64,000 bases of DNA, taken from the NCBI RefSeq assembly GCF_009914755.1, contig NC_060942.1; one strand, written 5' to 3'. The DNA is from the human T2T-CHM13v2.0 reference genome, Homo sapiens. Of the stretch, positions 56,001-64,000 are shown one piece after another (positions within the stretch are counted from its first letter, which is position 1; the number at the start of each line of letters is the position of its first letter). Position numbers and translations under genes: made by a program. The notes beneath the pieces are model-generated. The model ran no database searches. It was not told where the DNA came from and worked only from the letters and a program-made list of their open reading frames with translations.

Positions 56001-56768
56001 CCAGTGGGTTAGGTACCACTGGATGAATGGAAACTGTAGCCTGGTTCACTGTGTGTAAATCTTGCACTGGCCTATATTCATCAGTTGGCTTCCATACCAG
56101 CAAAAGGGGTGTGTTCCAAGGGGACCTGCACTTCACTATGATGCCATGCTTAAAGAGCCAATCTATGTGTTTTTGAATGCCACTTATGGCCTCTATGAAC
56201 AACGGGTATTGACGAACCCATACCGGAGTCACTCCAAGTTTTAGCTCCACCAAGACAGCCAATCCGGGTGGATTGTCTTCAGCCCACACCCCCGGAATCT
56301 TTGCAAGTAATCCATACATTTCAAGTGGTCCTGGTAGTTCTAGCCTAAGTGCTGTTTCTGCATATAGCCTCCATTTATCAGCCCTTGGGAAGGTGAGGGT
56401 TAATACCATAGTCTTTGGCTGACTCAGGTTTAAAGACATGTTCCCTTGCAGCTCGAAAGAAATTTGCACCTGCAGTTTTTGGAGTAAGTCTCTTCCTAGC
56501 AAGGGGACTGGACAATTTGGAAGGTATAGAAACTCATGCTGGACTTCTCATCCTCCAATAATACACCTCCTTGACTGGCAGAAGGGTCTCCTCTCTGAGA
56601 CTCCGGTTGCCCCAATAATAGTTGTGTAATTCCTGGATAGTGGCCCTATAGGTTGCATCACTACCGAATGCTCAGCTCCGGTATCTACCATAAAATCCAT
56701 CTGTTGGCCCCCTATCTCCACTGAGACCATAGGCTCCTGGGGGCTAAAGAAATGGAGCCCAGTCTGTC
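53040..56768 (-). pseudogene. pol: ERV pro-pol (protease, RT, RNase H, integrase), disrupted
   Basis: Protease FMVDTGAEHS; [11 protein letters not shown] and QYIAD (degenerate YxDD); RNase H SAQRVELIAL; integrase HQGTH...CLTC and FSGWVEAFPT; GPY/F-type WDGPHTV. Confidence 0.95.
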
Positions 56769-58491
56769 TCAGTCCTCATAGCCTGCTGCCTCTGCTAGGC
56801 TGATTAGATTGATGACCGGTCTCAGAACACAGCGGCTGGTGGCCAGAGGCTCCAGCCAAGCTCCCTGGTCATGGCTATTGCCCTTATCTTTCTCTGGACA
56901 TTCATCCTTCCAGTGTCCTTTCTTTTTGCACAATGCACATTGATCCTTCTCCAGCCTTGTCCGGCCTTCAAAACCTGGTCTAGCCTAACCTCTTCCACGA
57001 CCACATCTGCGACCATATCTGTGTCCCCTCACAATGCCAGTCTCTCTTTCAACCAGGGCAGCCGCTAATAGCTCAGGCTTTTTCTTAAGCCTCTGCTCAG
57101 CTTCCTTCTTTTCCTCTTGTTCATGGTTAACATACACCTTAGTAGCCACCTCTGTAAGCTGAGTAGCAATTCATGCCTGCGAAACCTTCCAGTTTCTGAA
57201 GTTTCCACTTAATGTCACCCTGCACCTGGCTAAGAAATGATGTATTCACCATGAGCTGATTTTCAGTAGCCTCTGGATCAAATGGAGTATAGAGCTGGTA
57301 TGACTCACAGAGCCTCTCATAAAACTGACTGGGGTTCTCATCAGTCTTTTGGAGCACCTCTGAAATCTTTCCTATATTCATTGCTTTCTTTCCACTGGAC
57401 TTTATCCCATTTAGAAGTGCCTCCTGATACCTTTGCAGATGCTGAAGCTCCTCTGCATCATTTAGGTCCCCGTTGGGGTCTATCTCTGGGAACTCTTCCT
57501 AGGCATAATGCCAGACATCTCTTGTACCATCTGGCACATTGTTCTCTAGCCATTGGAGGGCTGCTAGAGTCACTCTCCTTTGCTCCTCTGTGTTGAACAG
57601 TGTTAAAAGGAGCTGTTGGCAGTCTGACCAGGTGGGGTTATGGGTCAGAAAAATGGATCTCATCAAGTCTATGAGGGCTTGAGTCTTTTCCGTATAGGAG
57701 GGAGTATGTTGTTTCCAATTTAGGAGGTCTGTGGCAGAGAAGGGCTGGTAGATGAAAATCTGCTGCCCTACTTGAACCTGGCCTTGCTCATCATGATAAA
57801 TTTGTGCTCAAGTCTCATGGAGGGGCATTTGTAAGGCTCGGGTGTGGCCAGACTGGAGGTGGCCCACTGCGTCACTTTGCTTTTCCTCCTTAACTTTTAC
57901 AGGCAAAGGCTCGGATTCTCCCCTGTGGGGTGATGGTTGAGACTCACTTTCCTCTGAGCCTGATTCCTCAAGGGCCATTTGCTCCATGCCTTGTCTTAGC
58001 TCTAAGAAGGATGGATATATCAGAGCATAAGGGGGAGGAAATTCCCTATCCTCTGGAGGAGCTTGTAGAACCAGCTTTTCCTAACTCTCCTGTTGCCTTT
58101 TCTTTTTTCCGAGGTTCTAAGCGTAATTGATTTTTCAGCTGCCTTAGGCTCAGCCTGGACCACCAAGGCTTTACAATAGGTTACCAGACAGGGCTGAAGC
58201 CATTTGGGGTGAGTCTAGACTACGTTTAACCAGGAGTCAATGTATGGAAACTGATCTGGGTGCTCAGGCTGTCCTCCAACTCCGGTTACTACCCTGAACA
58301 CATGGCCAATTGCTTCCCTATCTATTGTTCCTTCAGCTGGCCACCCGACATTAAAAGAAGGCCATTTTAATTCACAAAGAGTTTTCAATCTTTGCAGGGG
58401 TCAGTTGAACTCCATAATCTCCACCAAAACCTTTCTTGAAATTCTTTAACATACACTCCAACGGACTAGGTTTTGATGCTTTTCTTCCCAT
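56769..58491 (-). pseudogene. gag: ERV gag, disrupted
   Basis: Starts MGRKASKPSPLECMLKNFKKGFGGDYGV; MHR-like QKTDENPSQFYERLCESY; single CCHC knuckle CALCKKKGHWKDEC; stop TGA at 56769-56771. Confidence 0.93.
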
Positions 58492-58511
58492 TTCCACTCT
58501 TGCGACGCAAG

Positions 58512-59175
<664 letters not shown>

Positions 59176-60492
59176 AACTTATAGTATAAAGGTATTAGAT
59201 GAAGCCAAGAAGAATGTTTCTGACAGGAACAGTCACAAGAAGCAGAAGGCAAAAAAAAAAATGTATATTGATAATTAAAATTAGCATGTAGAATCTCTAA
59301 AAAATGCTTGCAAATCAACAAGGTTTTTTTCTACAGAACTTATCAGAGCTTTTCAAAATACTAAAATGCTTTGTGATGCTTCAAAGACTCTACAGATTTA
59401 CCCAAAGTTAGTGCACCTCGGTGCGTCTCTGCTGAGGCTAAACCATGCCACCCTTCAGGACATCCCACCAAGTGGATCTTTCCAGCCTCCCCTTATTTCA
59501 ATGTTTCATGGCTTTCCTTTCTACATAAACAGTATCCACTATCACTTAGGTCAGTGAGGTTTGGAGCTACATTTCATAGTCCCTGATTCAAACGCCAATA
59601 GAACTACTAATAGGAGCTTAAAGACTTGCAGCCACTTCTGGATAGAGGGAGATAATGGGAAGGTAGAGCCATCTACAGGAGACATGTGGTACTGCACAAC
59701 AAGAGCCGTGAGGAGCAGGTGGGCAAAGGGACTGAAAAATGCATCACAGCACCTGGTAGAAATGGCTCTACGCCCTCTTTATTTAACATAGAGATTTAGC
59801 AACGAGGGCAGGGTTTTCAAGAGCAGACCTTTTGTTTTTGTTTGATGGGGTTGGGTGGAGAGACGTGGTCTTGACCACAATTTATGTTATGACAACATGT
59901 GTGAAGAAGAGAGGATATTTAAAGTAGGTGTTTCCTTTGCAGGCTTGAATGGGCATTCGACTTATACACAAAAGTGCACCCATTTTCAGTGTTTCCATAT
60001 CAGCACCAATGTCATTTAACTGTAAGATTCTTTTTACCATAAACACTTGGGATGCTCAATGGTTTAAAGGACATTCTACACAAAAGTTTGAAAGCTCTTA
60101 ATTACAGCAACTAAAACCTCACAATGGTTTTCTAGATATGTCTTTTGTGTAGTATTTTGAAAAATGGATTTTTCTTCCAAAGAGGTTAGGACAATAGCAT
60201 TTATGCCATAAGAACTCTGTTTTTTTGGACCACATTTTGTGATAAAAAGCAAATGAGCTTTGCATTTAGGAGCTCCAGGAAATCCTTGTTGCCCTTAGAA
60301 ATCTGCCCCCTCACCCCGACAAAGGGCCAGACAGCTTGGAGGTAGGGAATATCCCCCTCCATAGGCTCACCAAGACGTGCAGCTGGCTGTATGTTCTTTA
60401 CTGATGTCCTGTGAGCCCTTAAGGTATTTCAACAAGGAGCATCTTGATTTTCTGTGGATTTATGGAAGAAAATGTATCTCTCCAAATGTGTA

Positions 60493-61626
60493 TAGTAGTT
60501 CCTCCTTATCTGCAGGGAATAGTTCCAAGACCCCCAGTGAATGCCTAATACTGCAGATAGTACACAACACTATATATGCTATATATTTTTTTACTATACA
60601 TGCATATATACATACCAGAAATACAGTTTAATTTATAAACTGGGCACCATACGTGATTAACAACCATAACTACTAATAAAATAGAACAATTAAGACAATA
60701 GGCTGTAATAAAAGTCATGTGACTGTGGCCTCCCTTTCTCTCTCTCAAAATATCTTACTGTTCTGCACTCACCCTTCCTGTGGTAATGTGAGATGATACG
60801 GTGCCTACGGGATGACATGAAGTGAGGCGAATGGAGACATTTTGACATATTGTTAGGCTACTACTGCCCTCCTGATGATACATCAGGGAGAGGATCACCT
60901 GCTTCACATGGCCCCAGAGCATCGCACCATGACAACGTATTTTTTGCTGGGTGTCAGGAGCAGACGATGCTGATGTTTGGGGATCCTGGAGAATTGAAGG
61001 GTTTTTCTTTTTTGTTTTTTTGTTGTGTTATTTTATTTATTTTTTTTTTTTGCCAAGACCTGCTGGAAGAACATTGCAATCAGATGTTGTGTCTTTATTT
61101 TCAATTCATCAAAGTGTTGCTGCAGAGATTATAATTCTTCAGTGAGAATATGAGTAATTTTAACACTGCATTCCATCCTAAGATATGCCATAATTTGGTT
61201 CTTTAATGTCTGTGCAATTTGAAACACTTCAGCACACTTCGATTATGTCCATATTGCTGGTTCTGCTTCATTTCTTCATCTTTCTCTGCAGACGACTCAA
61301 CAAATTCTTCCAAATCCTCATTTGTTAACACTTCTTGATGTCCTTCAATATCTTCTGCCACTTCAGCAAGCATGTCAGCAACCCTTCTCCACCAACCTGT
61401 CTTGCTGCACGAATGATTTTCCTAACTTCTCCACTGACCCCAGAGAGGCTTTTAAAATCATTCATGGCTTCACTCCATAAGTTCCTGTAGCAGGCATCTA
61501 CAATTTCTGGTTTTAATTCATCCAATGCAGCTTTGAAGAATGTTATTGCATTAGCAATAGTGAATGGTTGCACTGCATTATGTCCAGATTAGGGTCTGCA
61601 TCAATTGCTGATAAAATGTGATCACA
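60493..61626 (-). mobile_element. Tigger7/MER44-like DNA transposon with transposase C-terminal remnant
   Basis: Terminus 'tagtagttcctccttatctgcagggaatagttccaagacccccagtg'; ORF 61325-61573 (FTIANAITFFKAALDELKPEIVDACYRNLW) resembles a pogo/Tigger DDE domain. Confidence 0.75.
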
Positions 61627-61628
61627 TA

Positions 61629-62797
61629 CAGTCAGTCATCAATGAACAACATAGATACATTCTTAGAAATGTGTCATAAGATGTTTGTCTCTTTGCATGA
61701 ATGATGAAAGCGCATTTCCACAGACTTAGATGGAACAGCCTACTACACACCTAGGCTGTATGGTAGGGCCTATTGCTCCTAGGCTACAAACCTGTACCAC
61801 ATGTTACTGTACTGAATACTGCAGGCAATTGCAACACAATGGTATTTGTGTACCTAAACATATCTAAACACAGAAAAGGAACAGTTAAAAATAGGGCATG
61901 AAAGATAAAATACGATATACCTCAAGAGGGGACTTGCGATGAATGTAGCTTGCAGGACTGGAATTTGCTCTGAGTCAGTGAATGAGTGGTGGCTGAATGT
62001 GAAGGCTAGGACATTACTGTGCACTACTGTAGTCTTTATTAAACACCGTACACTTAGGCTGCACTAAATATGTTTTTAATTTTTTCTTCAATAATAAATT
62101 AACCTTAGCTTACTGTAGCTTTTTGACTTTATAAACTTAATTTTTCTTAATTTTTTGACTTGTAATAACAGCTTAAAACACAGGTTGTACAGCTGTACAA
62201 AAATATTCTATAAGCTTTTTTCTTTTCTTTTTTTTTAGCTTTTTAATATTTTTTTTTTTGTTAAAAGCTAACACACAAACACCACCTGCATTAGCCCATG
62301 TAGGCCTACACAGGGTCAGGATCATCAACATCACTGTCTTCCATCTCCACATCCTGTCCCAGTGGAAGATTTTCAGGGGCAATAACATGCATGGATCTGC
62401 CATCTCCTGGAATAACAGTGCCTTCTGAACACCTCCTGAGGGATCTGCCTGAGGCTGCTTTACAGTTAACCTTTTTTAATAAGTAGAAAGATTACATTCT
62501 AAAATAACAATAAAAAGTACAGTAAACCCATAAACTAGTAACGTAGTTATTTTCATTATTAAGTATTATATATTGTACCTTATATTGTGTGCTATAGTGT
62601 TACACCCCTGGCAGCACAGTAGTTTTGTTGATACCAGCACCATCACAAACACATGAATAATGTACTGCACTGTGACATAGAAAGGCTACAATGTCACTAG
62701 ATGATTCGTGCTTGTCCAGCTCCATCATAATCTTATGAGCCCACCATCCATACCGGGTCTGTCACTGACCAAAGCCTTGTTAGGCAGTGCATTACTG
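61629..62797 (+). mobile_element. Tigger3b copy 2, near full length, probably chimeric
   Basis: TA|cagtca... to ...gcagtgcattactg|TA; colinear with copy 1. Confidence 0.9.
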
Positions 62798-62799
62798 TA

Positions 62800-62910
62800 C
62801 TTCTATGAACCTCAGTGTCCTCTTCTATGAAAATGGAGTGATGTAGTACTATGTCAGGGGATTATGTGAGAATTAATTGGGATGATGTATGTAAAGATTC
62901 TGAGCAATTT
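62800..62910 (+). mobile_element. MIR 3' half
   Basis: 'cttctatgaacctcagtgtcctcttctatgaaaatggagtgat...ggggattatgtgagaattaattgggatgatgtatgtaaag' corresponds to MIR from CTTAACCTCTCTGAGCCTCAG onward. Confidence 0.8.
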
Positions 62911-63239
62911 TACATACAATCCTCAAGATCAGGGCACAATACATTTATATTTTAAATAACTAAAGATATCAATTGAAAAACTAGAGTCATAAATCAATAA
63001 AGTATAATATTGCTACTTTTCTAGCAAGTCCTAAATCAACCTAGCTATAAAATTAGTAAATAAAATTCTCTTTGATTTTCTTTTTTCAATTATTATAAAG
63101 CAAACCTCTGAGATTTCAGGGTCTAAGTTTTCCATTTATGTTTGTTGCTGTTTTTATTTCTGCCACTTTTTATGGGTTTGGTCCTTTTAACTGAAGAGAA
63201 GATAATGAGATGATCATGATTACTTAGATCTTGAACAAG

Positions 63240-63240
<1 letters not shown>

Positions 63241-63278
<38 letters not shown>
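63241..63278. repeat. (CA)19 microsatellite
   Basis: Perfect CA run. Confidence 0.95.
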
Positions 63279-63279
<1 letters not shown>

Positions 63280-63494
63280 GTCTAAATTTGTTTTAAAAGT
63301 GAAAGTAAATTTGTCCTAGAAGTTAAAACATTGATAATTGTCTAGCTGAAAGTAGACAATTATCTGTCAGAGAATGTATCTACTTCTGCAGGTGATAGTA
63401 AAAGTCTAAATAAAATACTAGAATTTTACAAATAAATCGATGCTGTTTTAATCCACAAATTGGTTTCCAACTACCTATTTAGCCAAGTGATTCT

Positions 63495-63797
63495 TTTTTT
63501 TTTTTTTTTTTTTTTTTTGAGACGGAGTCTCGCTCTGTCCCCCAGGCTGGAGTGCGGTGGCACAATCTTGGCTCACCTGCAAGCTCCGCCTCCCGGGTTC
63601 ACGCCATTCTCCTGCCTCAGCCTCCCGAGTAGCTGGGACTACAGGTGCCTGCCACCACGCCCGGCTAACTTTTTGTATATATAGGAGAGACGAGGTTTCA
63701 CCATTCACAGGATGGTCTTGATCTCCTGACCTTGTGATTCAACCTCCTCGGCCTCCCAAAGTGCTGGGATTACAGGCGTGAGCCACCGTGCCTGGCC
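63495..63797 (-). mobile_element. AluY variant
   Basis: AluY diagnostics, short deletion 'caccattcacaggatgg', TSD ccaagtgattctt. Confidence 0.93.
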
Positions 63798-63849
63798 CCC
63801 AAGTGATTCTTAAAATGTATAAATATGAACAGTGAGCCTCATGTCCTAG

Positions 63850-64000
63850 CTACCTGTTACTATGTAGCAAGCAGCCCCAAACCCAGTGGCGTAAGCAAGA
63901 GCAAGCATTCATGGACCTCATGAATCTACATTTGGGTTGGGCTCAGAGAGACTGGCTCATTTCTGCTGCATGTGGCATCAGTAGGGGCAGCTCCTGGGGC
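63850..64000 (-). mobile_element. MLT1 LTR (partial)
   Basis: 'ctgttactatgtagcaagcagccccaaacccagtggcgtaagcaa...catgaatct...tttgggttgggctcag'. Confidence 0.65.

Noticed and set aside
59670-60025. Two exon-like segments with AG/GT boundaries
   Set aside because: No recognisable peptide, and such sites arise often by chance.

Overview
Non-coding, repeat-rich catarrhine primate (human-like) genomic DNA; no intact host protein-coding gene is supported. Positions 1-37.7 kb are ordinary intergenic or intronic DNA: MIR, L2, old L1, Alu, a THE1C LTR, ERVL remnants, a ~33-bp minisatellite and two small local duplications. The main structural signal is that one MIR element appears split at a single TA: its 5' half ends at 37784 and its 3' half resumes at 62800. 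Between them is a ~25-kb block that starts with the left end of one Tigger3b and finishes with the right end of another. That block holds a G-rich degenerate tandem array, a MER11 solo LTR, MER4-group ERV internal sequence and a decayed gamma-like provirus (ERV3/HERV-E/HERV15-type, minus strand). The provirus has lost its 5' LTR and leader, and in their place is an intronless, tail-less fragment of NFKB2 mRNA joined through a fold-back hairpin and microhomologies. Several junctions (2.7 kb, 38.5 kb, 58.5 kb) carry inverted, templated insertions of the kind left by DNA break repair. Repeat family names and the NFKB2 match come from recalled sequences, not from a database search.
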